From the NCBI GenBank assembly GCA_963841435.1, contig CAWJCS010000003.1:960001-1024000 (forward strand): a stretch of DNA of 64,000 nucleotides. The letters are read 5' to 3'. The stretch comes from an uncultured delta proteobacterium (GTDB lineage: Bacteria > Myxococcota_A > Polyangia > Polyangiales > Polyangiaceae). The position numbers and the translations under genes were made by a program. Shown here one piece after another: positions 42,667 to 53,483 of this stretch; position 1 is the stretch's first letter, and the number at the start of each line of letters is the position of its first letter. Below the pieces are notes generated by a model. It had not been told where the DNA came from and did not search any database. It worked only from the letters and a program-made list of their open reading frames with translations.

Positions 42667-43899
42667 CTATTGCTCGGTGACCGCGCCCTTGTCGAGGCCG
42701 AAGCCCTCGTGGAGCGTGCGGACGGCGAGCTCGGTGTACTTCGCGGCGATGATGCAGCTGATCTTGATCTCGCTCGTGCTGATGGCTTGGATATTGATGG
42801 CCTCGGCGGCGAGCAGGCCGAACGTCTTCGAGGCGATGCCGGCGTGCGAGCGCATGCCGAGACCCACGATCGAGACCTTCGCGATGTCGGGGTCGTATTC
42901 GACGGTCGCACCGAGCTCGGACAAAAGGCTGTCGAGCACCTCCTTCGTGCGAGAAAGATCGGTCTTGGTGACGGTGAAGGTCACGTCCGTGGTGGAGCCG
43001 CCACCGCGAGAAGGGCTCTGGATGATCATGTCGACCGAGACGTTCTTCTCGGCGAGCAAGCCGAAGACCTTGGCGACGACGCCCGGCTTGTCGGTGACGC
43101 CGATGAGCTGCACCTTGGCCTCGCCCTTGTCGTAGGCGATGCCGCTCACGACCACGGCTTCGAGCCCCTCTTCGCTGACCACCATCGTGCCCTGGCGATC
43201 GTTGAACGACGAGCGCACGTGCACCGGAACTCCGTACTTCATGGCAACCTCCACCGAGCGGATCTGGAGCACCTTGGCGCCGAGCGACGCAAGCTCCAAC
43301 ATTTCTTCGTAGCTGATGCGATCGATCCGGCGCGCCGAGGGGACCACGTTCGGATCGGTCGTGTAGACGCCGTCGACGTCCGTATAGATCTCGCAAACGT
43401 CGGCCTTTATAGCGGCGGCGATGGCGACGGCCGTCGTGTCGGAACCGCCACGGCCGAGTGTCGTGATGTTGCCGTCGACGTCGATGCCCTGAAAGCCCGC
43501 CACGACCGCGACGTTGCCGTTCTTGACGGTTTCGGTGAGCTTGGCGGCGTCGATGGCGTGGATGCGCGCCTTGGTGAACGCACTGTCGGTGCGGATGCGC
43601 ACCTGGTGGCCGAGCAGGCTGCGTGCCTTGCCGCCGAGCGACTGGATGGTCATGGCGACGAGCGCAGCGCTCACCTGCTCACCCGTCGAGGCGAGCACGT
43701 CCATCTCGCGCGCCTCGGGCACGGGTGCGATCTGGTGCGCGAGGCCGAGCAGCCGGTTGGTTTCGCCCGCCATGGCGCTCACGATCATGACGACCTCGTT
43801 GCCCTCGCGCTGCGTGCGGAGCGCGCGCTCCGCGACGTTCTTCATGCGCTCGAGGTTACCGACCGAAGTACCGCCGAATTTCTGGACGACGAGTGCCAA
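42667..43899 (-). CDS. lysC: Aspartate kinase
   Basis: [30 protein letters not shown] motifs and two ACT domains. Confidence 0.96.
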   Translation of the reverse strand: MALVVQKFGGTSVGNLERMKNVAERALRTQREGNEVVMIVSAMAGETNRLLGLAHQIAPVPEAREMDVLASTGEQVSAALVAMTIQSLGGKARSLLGHQVRIRTDSAFTKARIHAIDAAKLTETVKNGNVAVVAGFQGIDVDGNITTLGRGGSDTTAVAIAAAIKADVCEIYTDVDGVYTTDPNVVPSARRIDRISYEEMLELASLGAKVLQIRSVEVAMKYGVPVHVRSSFNDRQGTMVVSEEGLEAVVVSGIAYDKGEAKVQLIGVTDKPGVVAKVFGLLAEKNVSVDMIIQSPSRGGGSTTDVTFTVTKTDLSRTKEVLDSLLSELGATVEYDPDIAKVSIVGLGMRSHAGIASKTFGLLAAEAINIQAISTSEIKISCIIAAKYTELAVRTLHEGFGLDKGAVTEQ

Positions 43900-44136
43900 A
43901 GCCCCGGCCCCCTACCCCTCGGTGAGAGGCGCGTCAATCCCGCGCCGGCGCCCAACGGCCCCTTTTGCCAGGGGAAAATGCCGCCTGTGGCCGCGCGCCG
44001 AGAGCGGGGCGCCGCACGTCGAGCGCACACCGTTGACCAAGGTCGTCCCGACGACGAGCTCGCCGGTGCGGACCGCGCGGGGCGGACACGCGGCTCGGCG
44101 TCGCCAGCGGCGGACACGGGGAGTATACGAGGGGGC

Positions 44137-44484
44137 ATGACGCCCCTCGGCCACTACGTCGTCGAGACACTCGTCATGTTGACGGGCGTGGCCGCGCTCG
44201 CGGTGCTCCTGCTCACCATTGGCCGGCGCCTGGGCGTGGGGCGACCGAGTGGGCCGCTCGAGCTCGTCGGGCGCCTGCCCCTCGATGGGCGCCGGGCGGT
44301 GTATCTGGTGCGCGTCGGAGAAACGGTGTACGTCGTCGGGGCGAGCGAAAGCGGCCTGACGAAGCTCGGGGAAGTGGACAAAGATGGGCTCGAGCTACCC
44401 AAGGGAGACAAGGTTCCTCGGTCGTTCGAGAGCGTGCTCGGGCGCGTGCTTTCGAAGCCCGCTTCGCCTCCGCCCGGTGGCTAG
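44137..44484 (+). CDS. fliO: FliO/MopB-like protein
   Basis: N-terminal TM, then L.LVGRLPLD.RRAVYLVRVG....VVG.SE pattern; overlaps the next gene. Confidence 0.75.
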   Translation: MTPLGHYVVETLVMLTGVAALAVLLLTIGRRLGVGRPSGPLELVGRLPLDGRRAVYLVRVGETVYVVGASESGLTKLGEVDKDGLELPKGDKVPRSFESVLGRVLSKPASPPPGG

Positions 44485-45220
44485 CGCGCTCCTCGCGTTG
44501 ACCGGTGCGCTGCTGAGCCCGGCGCTCGCGCGAGCTGCCGAGCCGCCACTCGCCCCCGACCTCCTGTCGCGCCCGCTCACACTGATTGTCGCGATCGGCC
44601 TTGCGACGCTGTTGCCGTTCGCGTTCATGACGTTGACGGCGTTCGTGAAGATTTCCACGGTGCTGCAGATCGTCCGCGGCGCCATCGGCGCGCAGAGCGT
44701 CCCGACGAACACGGTGATCATGGCCTTCGCCGGCGCGCTCACCGTGCTCGCCATGGCTCCCGTGGGCTCGCGCATCGCCGAGCGCGCCAAGCCGCTCTTG
44801 GGCGCCGATGCCATGAGCGACAGCGCGCACTTCATCGGAGGCATGCTGGAGGCCACGGGCGAGCCGCTCCGCGCGTTCCTCAAGGCGAACGCCAGCGCGC
44901 GCGAGCGTGCTCGCTTCTACGAAATCGCGCGCACGGCCCGCCCCGAACCGGAACGCGCCGGGGTCGGCCGCGACGACATCGTCGTGCTCGTACCGGCCTT
45001 CGTCGTGAGCGAGCTCATCGAAGCCTTCGCGCTCGGGTTCGCCCTCTACCTGCCGTTCCTCGTGATCGACCTCGTGGTCTCGAACGTCCTTCTGGCCCTC
45101 GGCATGCAGATGATGACGCCCGGGCAAGTGAGCTTGCCGTTCAAGCTCCTCTTGTTCGTCGCGATCGACGGCTGGGGGCTGCTCGCGCAGGCGCTCGTGA
45201 CCGGGTACAAGGCCGGTTGA
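44477..45220 (+). CDS. sctR: Type III export apparatus FliP/SctR family protein
   Basis: TAFVKI..V..IVR.AIG.Q.VP, LVPAF.VSEL..AF..GF..YLPFLVIDLVVSNVLLALGM.M and LPFKLLLFV..DGW motifs. Confidence 0.9.
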   Translation: MASALLALTGALLSPALARAAEPPLAPDLLSRPLTLIVAIGLATLLPFAFMTLTAFVKISTVLQIVRGAIGAQSVPTNTVIMAFAGALTVLAMAPVGSRIAERAKPLLGADAMSDSAHFIGGMLEATGEPLRAFLKANASARERARFYEIARTARPEPERAGVGRDDIVVLVPAFVVSELIEAFALGFALYLPFLVIDLVVSNVLLALGMQMMTPGQVSLPFKLLLFVAIDGWGLLAQALVTGYKAG

Positions 45221-45386
45221 CCGTTCCTGCCGGGGGGCGGCCCCCGAGCCGGGCCCCGCGGTCGAGGGTGGGGGCCATGGGCGGGGCGAGTCGGCTGGGG
45301 GTCTGCGGAGGGCTCCGGGAATAGCTCGCCGAGTCGCCGGTTTCAGGGCGTGCTCGACTCTCACAGCAGGAAGGCCCCCCCTTTGG

Positions 45387-45414
45387 TTGACAGGGATCCC
45401 CGCGAAAGTAGGAT
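45387..45414 (+). promoter_or_regulatory. Putative sigma70 promoter of the ABC operon
   Basis: TTGACA-N16-TAGGAT about 90 bp before ATG 45503. Confidence 0.5.
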
Positions 45415-45502
45415 GCCGCCGCCCGAAGGACAGGTCCCCAGCGTGCGGGGATGCTGCGAAGATCCGGGCGAGTTTTTCGAAAGCATCGTTGAAGGAGGTC
45501 GG

Positions 45503-46743
45503 ATGACAACCGACGTCATGATCCAGGCGAGCGGCCTCACCAAGCGGTTCGGCTCAGTGCGCGCTCTCGACAAAGTAAATTTCGAGGTCAAGCGCGGCGA
45601 AGTGGTGGGCTTTCTCGGACCGAACGGCGCGGGAAAATCCACCACCATGCGCATCCTCACCTGCTACATCGCGCCGAGCTCCGGCGCGGCGAAGGTGCAT
45701 GGACACGACGTGTTCGACGAACCGCTCGAGGTTCGGCGGGCGCTCGGGTACCTGCCGCAGCGCGCTCCGCTCTACACGGACATGAACGTGTGGGAGTACC
45801 TGAAGTTCGTGGCCGAGATCCGCGGGCTCGACGAGGGGCTCTTCAAGAAGCGGCTGAAGAAGGTGGTGGAGGTCTGCGGCCTCGCGCAGTCGCTCGGCAA
45901 GCAGATTGGGACGCTGTCGCACGGCTATCGCCAGCGCGTCGGCCTCGGCCAGGCGCTGATCCACGACCCGCCGATCCTCGATCCTCGACGAGCCGACGAG
46001 CGACCTGGACCCCAACGAGAAGGCCGAGGTGCTCCGTTACATCAAGGAAATCGGCAAAGATCGCACCATCTTGCTCTCGACCCACAACCTCGCCGAGGTC
46101 GAAGAGGCCTGCGCGCGAGCCATCATCGTGAGCAAGGGGCGCGTCGTCGCCGACGGCCCGCTCGATAGCATCCGCGCCAAGACGGGCAGCCTCCGCTACG
46201 TCGTCACGCTCGACGAGAAGAACGCCGAGGCCGGCCGCAAGGCACCGTCGGCGAGCGAAGCGCAGTCGGCGCTCGGCGGCCTGCCGGGGGTTCGCACGTC
46301 GCGCGAGCTGCCGACCGACGAGACCGCTCACAAGATTCGAGCTCGTCGGCCCGCAGGATTCCGATCTTCGTGCCGAGATCTTCCGCCTGGTCGTGCAGAA
46401 GGGATGGACCTTGCTCGAGCTTCGGCGCGACGCCCAGTCGCTCGACGCCGTCTTCCGCGATCTCACGCGCGGCGACGAGCGGGCCGATCGCGGCGACGCG
46501 TGGGCGGCAGCGCACGCCGCTCCCGTCGAGGATGACGACGAGGACGAGGACGAAGACGAGGACGAAGAGCAAGACAAAGAGCCCGAGGCCGCGCCCGCGA
46601 AGAAAGCCGCACCCGTCAAGGGCGGTAGCGACGAGGACGAGGACGAAGACGACGAGGATGACGACGACGAGGATGACGACGAGGACGAGGATGACGACGA
46701 GGATGACGACGCCGACGACGACAAGTCGGAGCGAAAGGGCTGA
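45503..46743 (+). CDS. GldA-like ABC ATP-binding protein with acidic C-tail; two apparent +1 frameshifts (about 45980 and 46335)
   Basis: GPNGAGKST and LSHGYRQR. Walker B ILDEP is restored by removing one base in CTCGATCCTCGAC; a second extra base lies in AAGATTCGAG. Confidence 0.85.
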
Positions 46744-46746
46744 GCC

Positions 46747-47484
46747 ATGTCGCCGATGCTGATCATTGCCAAGCGGGAGTTCCGCTCGAACTTCGACTCA
46801 CCGCTCGCCTACGTGGTCATCTGCCTGAGCTTCCTCGCTCTCGGGCTCATGTTCTTCTTCCTCCGGGGCGGCTTCTGGCAGGTCGATCACGCCACCGTCC
46901 AGAAGGTATTCGAGTACACGCCCACGGGGCTGAGCCTGCTCGTCGTGCCCGTGGTCACGATGCGGCTCGTCGCCGAGGAACGCCGTAGCGGCACGCTCGA
47001 GATGCTGATCACGCTGCCCGTGAAGGACAGCGATGTCATCGGCGGGAAATACCTGGGCGCCCTGGGTCTCGTGCTCGTGCTCGTGCTCGCGACGGCGTTC
47101 TACCCGCTCGCAATGTTCAAGTTCCCGTGGAACCTCGGGCCGCTCGACACGGGCCCCGTCGTGAGCGGCTACCTCGGGCTTTTGCTCTTCTCAGCGGCGG
47201 CGGTCGCCGTGGGGTTGCTCGTGAGCTCGTTCGTCGAGAGCCAGGCCGTCGCATTCTTCATCACGTTCTTCGCCCTGGGCGCCCTCTGGTGGTTCGACGA
47301 CATCGCCGAGGCGATCGGCGCGGGCTGGTTCGCGGGCGCGCTGCGCTACGTGAGCTTCCAGACGCGCCTGAGCGGGTTCTGGCGCGGCCTGGTCGATACG
47401 CGCGACGTCATCTACTTCTTGAGTGTCACGGCGATATCGCTCGTGATTTCCTTCAGGGCGCTCGAGCGCCGCAAGTGGTCCTGA
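46747..47484 (+). CDS. GldF-like ABC-2 permease
   Basis: KREFRS.F.SP.AY, TMRLVAEERRSGTLEML.T.P and GLVDTRD motifs. Confidence 0.9.
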   Translation: MSPMLIIAKREFRSNFDSPLAYVVICLSFLALGLMFFFLRGGFWQVDHATVQKVFEYTPTGLSLLVVPVVTMRLVAEERRSGTLEMLITLPVKDSDVIGGKYLGALGLVLVLVLATAFYPLAMFKFPWNLGPLDTGPVVSGYLGLLLFSAAAVAVGLLVSSFVESQAVAFFITFFALGALWWFDDIAEAIGAGWFAGALRYVSFQTRLSGFWRGLVDTRDVIYFLSVTAISLVISFRALERRKWS

Positions 47485-47506
47485 GCGGGATCCTTGGAGA
47501 CTGACC

Positions 47507-49351
47507 ATGGCTACCGAAGAGCAGAAGAGAAGAGTCGCCGCCCAGGCAGGCCTATACGTGGCCGTCATCGCGGCCATCGTCATCGTGGTGAACGTGCTCG
47601 CCTCCAAGGTCTACGTCCGAAAGGACATGACCAAGACCGAGCGCTACACGCTGAGCCAGGGCAGCGGGCACCTTTTGACGACGCTAAAGAGCCCCGTCCA
47701 GGTCGATGCCTACGTGAAGAAGGGCCTGCCGCAGCTCGACGCCTTCGTCGGCGACCTCACGGACCTCTTGCAGGAGTACCAGGCCGCCGGGAAGGGCAAG
47801 TTCAAGTTCACGTTGATCGAGCCCAACACCGACGATCTGCGTAGCCAGGCGAAGGAAGCGGGCCTTCAGGAGCAGCCCTTCGTCGATCCGAGCCAGACCG
47901 GCGAGGACCAGGCGGCCATCGCCCAGGGCTACATGGGCCTCGTCTTCAAGTACGGCAGCGAGAAGGCGGTGATTCCCTTCTTGAACCCCTCGCAGTCCGA
48001 GGGCCTCGAGTTCTGGATCACCAACAAGATCCGCGAGATTCGCGACAAAGCCGACGACATCAAATACCGTATCGGCGTCATCACCGACAAAGACGAGCTC
48101 AAGCTCTCCGATCAGAACCTGGTGCCGAAGCAGGGCCGCGGGCAGGGCTCGCCGAGCATGCAGAGCATCATGGAGCAGGCGTTCCCCTTCTACAAAGTGG
48201 AGGAGGTGACGCTCAAGGAGGGCGAGCCGATCGACGACGGCTTCTCGGGCCTCATCATCACGCAGCCGCGCAAGGACTACACGGACAAGGAGCTCCGGCG
48301 CATCGACGAGTTCTTGATGAAGGGCAATAAATCGCTCGTCGTGTTCGCTTCCGCGGTGACGCTGAAGCCGCAAGACGCGACCATGAGCGCGACGCTCGAC
48401 CTGCACAACCTCGACAAGCTGCTCTCGGGCTACGGCATCCAGATGAACAAGGACGCCGTGATGGACTTCGGCGCACAGTTTCGTATCGGCGTGATGGTGC
48501 CGAACGGCGGCATGGCGTGGATTCGCCATCCCGGCATCGCCCACGTCGTCAACGACCCGCGACTCGACGACGACGAACGTGCGCTCGACACTTCGTTCCC
48601 GGCGTTCTTCCGCATGGAAGAGGTGATCTTCCCGTTTCCGTCTAGCCTCACGCTGCTCAAGGACAAGCAGCCGAGCGACGTGAAGGTGCAGGTCGTCGCG
48701 CGCACGACGCCCGCGACCTCGGTCGACAAGTCGGACACGGTCGACATGAAGCTTCGCGAGCAGTGGAAGCCCAAGCCGCCCATGGAGCAGCGCATCGTGT
48801 CCGCGGCGGTCACGGGCAAGCTGAAGAGCGCTTTCGCCGGCACGCCGGACGAGGGCATCACGCACCCCGAGCGCGCGCCCAAGGACTCGCGCGTCCTCGT
48901 CGTCTCGTCGAGCCTGTTCCTCACGAACCCCTTCGCCTACGCCGGCAACGGACCGGATCTCGGCGGGCAGTTCGCAATGTTCGGCAACGTCGGCGGCGAC
49001 GAGAACCTGCTGCAGATCGCGCAGCCGTACACGAAGTACCTGACGAGCACGATTCTCTCGTTCAAGAACACGCTCGACTGGATGGCCGGCGACTCGGATC
49101 TTCTCGCAGCCAGCGCGAAGCTCATCGGCGATCCGAACCTCACCTACGCGAGCCTCGCCAAGCCGAAGTTCAAGGCCGAAGACGACGAAGCCGAGAGCAA
49201 GCGCAAGGACGAGGAATACAAGCAATCGCGCAAGCGCTTGCAGCAAAGCGTCCAGTGGACGCTGACCCTCGGTGTGCCGCTCATCTTCGGCGTGTTCGGC
49301 ATCCTGCGCTGGCGGCGTCGTGACGCTCAGCGCGCGATGCTCAAGGTCTAA
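47507..49351 (+). CDS. GldG-like ABC auxiliary component
   Basis: TM, DMTK..RYTLS, periplasmic domain, N..DW..D, C-terminal TM. Confidence 0.88.
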   Translation: MATEEQKRRVAAQAGLYVAVIAAIVIVVNVLASKVYVRKDMTKTERYTLSQGSGHLLTTLKSPVQVDAYVKKGLPQLDAFVGDLTDLLQEYQAAGKGKFKFTLIEPNTDDLRSQAKEAGLQEQPFVDPSQTGEDQAAIAQGYMGLVFKYGSEKAVIPFLNPSQSEGLEFWITNKIREIRDKADDIKYRIGVITDKDELKLSDQNLVPKQGRGQGSPSMQSIMEQAFPFYKVEEVTLKEGEPIDDGFSGLIITQPRKDYTDKELRRIDEFLMKGNKSLVVFASAVTLKPQDATMSATLDLHNLDKLLSGYGIQMNKDAVMDFGAQFRIGVMVPNGGMAWIRHPGIAHVVNDPRLDDDERALDTSFPAFFRMEEVIFPFPSSLTLLKDKQPSDVKVQVVARTTPATSVDKSDTVDMKLREQWKPKPPMEQRIVSAAVTGKLKSAFAGTPDEGITHPERAPKDSRVLVVSSSLFLTNPFAYAGNGPDLGGQFAMFGNVGGDENLLQIAQPYTKYLTSTILSFKNTLDWMAGDSDLLAASAKLIGDPNLTYASLAKPKFKAEDDEAESKRKDEEYKQSRKRLQQSVQWTLTLGVPLIFGVFGILRWRRRDAQRAMLKV

Positions 49352-49379
49352 CCCCTTTTTTTTTCAGGCAGAAGGCAAC

Positions 49380-50570
49380 ATGGCAACGACCGCGGACAAG
49401 AAGCTCTACGCCGCCATCGGCGTGCTTTCGGTGCTCGGGGTGGCCCTCTTCGTGACGAACAAGAAGCAGAAGGAAGAGGAAGCGACCTACACGCTCAGCG
49501 GACAGGAAGCCCAGCTTCCGAAGATCGCCGTGAGCGACGACGACGTGAAGAAGATCGACAAGATCACGCTCAGCAAGGCGGCCGGCGAGGATGGCGGCGC
49601 CGCGACGGAGATCGAGCTCGTGAAGAAGGGCGACGATTGGGAGGTGTCCAAGCCCGTCGAGGCCAAGGCGAACCAGGCGAACGTCAAGAGCCTGCTCGAC
49701 AACCTGAAGACCCTCAAGGTGAGCGAGCTGATCGATCCCGCGAAGACCGGCTACGAGAAGTTCAAGGTCTCGGACACCGAGGGCCTGCATGCCGTGTTCA
49801 TGAAGGGCACCGACACGGCCCTCGATCTTCGCTTCGGTGAAAATGGTGGTCGCGGTCAGATGACTCGCGTGACAGGCAAGGACGGCGTCTATGCCGTCAA
49901 GGGCTACTCGAGCTACCTGTACGACCGCGACATGAAGGGCTGGCGCGACACCGTGATCTTCAAGTTCGAGGAGAGCGCCGTGGCGGCCGCCGTGGTCACG
50001 AACGAGCACGGGACCTTCGATTTCAAGAAGGACGGCGACAAGTGGAGCGCCAAATTCAAGGACGCGAAGACGGGTGCCACCAAGGATCTGGAGAAGTTCG
50101 ACGAAGGCAAGGTCAAGGACATGATCCGCGCCTACAAGACGCTGAATGCCGACGGCTTCGCCGAGAAGGGCAAGACCGACGCGGACCTCGGTCTCGACAA
50201 GCCGACCGCCACGGTGGAGCTCACGCTCAGCGACGGCGCCAAGCGCGAGATCAAGGTGGGCGCGACGGCCGAGGGCACGAGCCGCTGGGTCCGGGCGTCG
50301 GGCGTGTCCGATCTCGTGAGCATCTCGTCGTGGGCGGCGGATTGGGCGCTCGCCGAGCCGACGAAGTTCCAGAAGACCGAAGAGAAGAAGGACGACAAGA
50401 AGGACGCCGCCGAAGACAAGAAGGACGCGGCCACTTCCGCGCCGAAGCCGGCAACGAGCGAAAAGCCCGCGGCACCGAAGCCCGCGGCACCGAAGCCCGC
50501 GGCGCCGAAGCCCGCGCCGAGCGAAAAGCCGGCCGCACCCGCACCCGCACCCGCCGCAAGCGCCGGCTGA
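49380..50570 (+). CDS. DUF4340-type exported protein with PKPAA-repeat tail
   Basis: Duplicated W...P...AN / GLDKP / ...G motifs; customary fourth gene after gldAFG-like genes. Confidence 0.8.
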   Translation: MATTADKKLYAAIGVLSVLGVALFVTNKKQKEEEATYTLSGQEAQLPKIAVSDDDVKKIDKITLSKAAGEDGGAATEIELVKKGDDWEVSKPVEAKANQANVKSLLDNLKTLKVSELIDPAKTGYEKFKVSDTEGLHAVFMKGTDTALDLRFGENGGRGQMTRVTGKDGVYAVKGYSSYLYDRDMKGWRDTVIFKFEESAVAAAVVTNEHGTFDFKKDGDKWSAKFKDAKTGATKDLEKFDEGKVKDMIRAYKTLNADGFAEKGKTDADLGLDKPTATVELTLSDGAKREIKVGATAEGTSRWVRASGVSDLVSISSWAADWALAEPTKFQKTEEKKDDKKDAAEDKKDAATSAPKPATSEKPAAPKPAAPKPAAPKPAPSEKPAAPAPAPAASAG

Positions 50571-50699
50571 GCGTCGCGCCCGGCGCCTTTCGCCGCGCCG
50601 GGCGTGCTCGCCTGGACCACGGCGTCGACCCACGGGCGCGGTGTGAACGCGATGCGCGGCGCTCGCTCACGGCGGCGACGAAAGCACGGTCGGGCCTCG

Positions 50700-50910
50700 A
50701 AGGTGCGACTCGCACCGGTGGCCGCCGACCTAGACTACCAAGGCGTTGCCTGGGTCGGTTTCAACCTGAACCAGGAGCTCGACGCCGACACCTCGGGGAC
50801 GGTGCTCGTCCGCTCGACGAGCATCACCATCGGCTACACGAACAGCGGCGGCTCCCCCCTGCGCGTGCAGCTCGGCGGCCCGAACGCCTCGACTCTCGAG
50901 TCGGATCGTC
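50700..50910 (+). pseudogene. Probable remnant of a carbohydrate-binding-type domain
   Basis: Protein-like island DYQGVAWVGFNLNQ...TNSGGSPLRVQLGGPNA...DR without a convincing start or end; recognised from memory of myxobacterial domains only. Confidence 0.45.
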
Positions 50911-50996
50911 CCGGGCGACGACGTCCTCTCGACGCCGTTCAGCGTGTGTCTGAACAGCGTGCGAGACGGATGAGCCAACGGTGCTAGCCTCGGCTG

Positions 50997-51974
50997 ATGG
51001 CGCGCCGCGAGCCGCCGGGCTCCGAAATCACTCCCGAGGCGCTCTACCTGAAGCGCCGCGAGATCATCAAGAACGGCGCGCTCTATGCGGGCGCTGCCGC
51101 TCTCTTCGGCGGCGGCGTGACGTGGCTCTCGGGCGCGGGGAGGGCGGGAAAGGCCAAGAAGCAGCCCCCCGCCGAAGCCGCGTCGCTCACGATCGCCGAG
51201 CGCGGCAAGTTCGTCGTACCGGAGGCGACCACGCCTTACGACGACGTGACGAGCTACAACAATTTCTACGAGTTCGGCACGGGCAAGGGCGACCCCGCCA
51301 AAAACGCCAATACGCTCAAGCCGCGCCCCTGGACCGTGCACGTCACGGGTGAGGTGAAAAAGGCGCAAACGTTCGACATCGACACGCTGCTCGGCTGGTT
51401 CGGGCTCGAGGAGCGCGTGTACCGCATGCGCTGCGTGGAAGCCTGGTCGATGGTCATTCCGTGGGTCGGCTTCCCCCTGGCGTCGCTGATCAAGCGCCTC
51501 GAGCCCACGTCGAAAGCCAAGTACGTCGCCTTCGAAACGCTGCTCGACGAAGCCCAGATGCCGGAAACGCGCTCGGGCGTGCTCGACTGGCCGTACGTCG
51601 AGGGCCTGCGCCTGGACGAGGCGATGCACCCGCTCACGCTCATGGCCGTGGGCCTGTACGGCAAAATTCTGCCGAATCAGAACGGCGCTCCGCTCAGGCT
51701 CGTGGTCCCCTGGAAGTACGGCTTCAAGGGCATCAAGTCGATCGTGCGCATTCGCTTCGTCGAGAAGGAGCCGGAGACCACGTGGAACCGGGCCGCGCCG
51801 AACGAGTACGGCTTTTACGCCAACGTGAACCCCGCCGTGGATCACCCGCGCTGGAGCCAGGCCACGGAGCGGCGCATCGGCGAGCTCACGCGGCGCCCGA
51901 CGCTACCTTTCAACGGCTACGCCGACGAGGTGGCGTCGCTCTACCGCGGCATGGATCTCGAGAAGTACTTCTGA
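50997..51974 (+). CDS. msrP: Methionine sulfoxide reductase catalytic subunit
   Basis: Tat RR signal; [21 protein letters not shown] and [20 protein letters not shown] motifs. Confidence 0.97.
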   Translation: MARREPPGSEITPEALYLKRREIIKNGALYAGAAALFGGGVTWLSGAGRAGKAKKQPPAEAASLTIAERGKFVVPEATTPYDDVTSYNNFYEFGTGKGDPAKNANTLKPRPWTVHVTGEVKKAQTFDIDTLLGWFGLEERVYRMRCVEAWSMVIPWVGFPLASLIKRLEPTSKAKYVAFETLLDEAQMPETRSGVLDWPYVEGLRLDEAMHPLTLMAVGLYGKILPNQNGAPLRLVVPWKYGFKGIKSIVRIRFVEKEPETTWNRAAPNEYGFYANVNPAVDHPRWSQATERRIGELTRRPTLPFNGYADEVASLYRGMDLEKYF

Positions 51975-52594
51975 TGGCGAAAGGCACCATGGCCTGGCTC
52001 AAGCCGGCCGTCTTCACGGGGGCGCTCGTGCCACTCTTCGCGATCCTCGCGCGCGCGGCACGCCACGAGCTCGGGGCAAATCCCATCGCCGAAGGTCTGA
52101 ACAGGATGGGGCTCCTCGCGCTGATTTTCATCTGGCTGACGCTCGCGTGCACACCCGCGAAGATCGCGTTCGGCTGGACCTGGCCCGCGAAGATCCGGCG
52201 CATGCTGGGCCTGTTTGGATTCTTTTACGCCTCGATGCACCTTCTCACGTACGCGGGACTCGATCAGGGCCTCGCACTCGGGAAAATCCTGAAGGACGTG
52301 GTGAAGCGCCCCTTCATCCTCGTCGGCTTTCTCGCCTGGCTCTGCCTCGTGCCGCTCGCCGTGACCTCGACCAAGCGCATGGTGCAGCGGCTCGGCTTCC
52401 GCAACTGGAAGCGCCTTCACCGCCTCGTCTACGTGATCGGCGTGCTCGGCTCCCTGCACTTCTACATGCGCGTGAAAAAAGACGTCACCGAGCCGCTCGT
52501 TTACGCCGCCGTGCTCGCGCTGCTGTTCGCGGCGCGCGTCGTGGATGCGCTCAGAAAGCGCCGGGCGAGACCGGCGGCGTCACTCCAAGCGTAG
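51974..52594 (+). CDS. msrQ: Methionine sulfoxide reductase heme-binding subunit
   Basis: RRMLGL..F.Y...H, PLA.TS and W.RLHRLVY motifs. Confidence 0.95.
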   Translation: MAKGTMAWLKPAVFTGALVPLFAILARAARHELGANPIAEGLNRMGLLALIFIWLTLACTPAKIAFGWTWPAKIRRMLGLFGFFYASMHLLTYAGLDQGLALGKILKDVVKRPFILVGFLAWLCLVPLAVTSTKRMVQRLGFRNWKRLHRLVYVIGVLGSLHFYMRVKKDVTEPLVYAAVLALLFAARVVDALRKRRARPAASLQA

Positions 52595-52679
52595 TTTGCC
52601 AAAAGGCCCGCGAAGCGAAGCGCAAGAATACGACGGCGTTTACCAAAGCTTTGTTGCGCGGGGGGCCGCCTTTGGATGG

Positions 52680-53440
52680 TGGCCGCTTCACCAGTGCAGG
52701 TCCGATCGCCATCGTCCAACACCCCAATGACTTCCGTGGCTCCGTTGTCGCACCTGGCGAGCAGGGGTCCGCCGGAATCTCCCAAGCACGCACCTGTGTC
52801 ACCCAGGCCATCGACGACCACGTACGCTGGCTCGACGCGCGCAATTTCCTCGATGACAAACGCCAGGTTGCCGAGGTCGCCGCTCTCCGTCGTTCCGTAG
52901 CCGGCAAGCTCAACCGGTGAGCCCAGCCACGATTCGTCCATCGGGTTCACACAGGGCTGCAGCGGCTCGATCTCGATCTCGACTTCGGAGAGATCTGAAA
53001 CCTGCAGCAGCCCAACGTCGAGGGTGGGATGCAACCAAGCGGCATCGGGCAGAAGCGCTGGTGCGCTGGGATCGTGCAAGCCCCCAACGACGACGGTCGC
53101 TTGCGGAACTCCCTCCGGCGTTGGATGGTCAAACACACCATCCCGGTCAGCGTCGAAACAGTGCGCGGCGGAAAGAACGAATCCGGGCGCGACAGCGACC
53201 GCGCTGCAAACCGCAGCACCCACGGCTCCTTGGGGCGAAGGAAGGAGTATTGCCACGATGGCGCGCGAACGCGGGGCATCGAGTGATCCGAGTCGGGCGG
53301 CCGACGAGCCACCGACGATGCGAGAAGTGGCGCATCGGGAGCCACCCGTCGCGATGCGCCCGTCGGAGCACGCGAGCAGAAACGCCAGCGGACCTAGGGG
53401 GAACATAAGGCGCAACACGGGACCCGTCAGGCCCGACATC
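52680..53440 (-). pseudogene. Trypsin-like (S1) serine protease, apparently 3'-truncated
   Basis: RIVGG, LSAAHC, D.GLL and CLGDSGGP motifs. After CTGE the frame loses similarity and runs antisense into msrQ. Confidence 0.75.
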
Positions 53441-53483
53441 CCCCTGAGCCACGCGTCTAACAACGAGTGCTGCGGGGGGAACC

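Noticed and set aside
45960-46350. Programmed ribosomal frameshifting in the ABC ATPase
   Set aside because: No slippery heptamer; two isolated single-base insertions are better explained by consensus error or mutation.
49352-49364. Intrinsic terminator at the T-run after the gldG-like gene
   Set aside because: No adequate stem precedes the T-run, and the next operon gene starts about 15 bp later.
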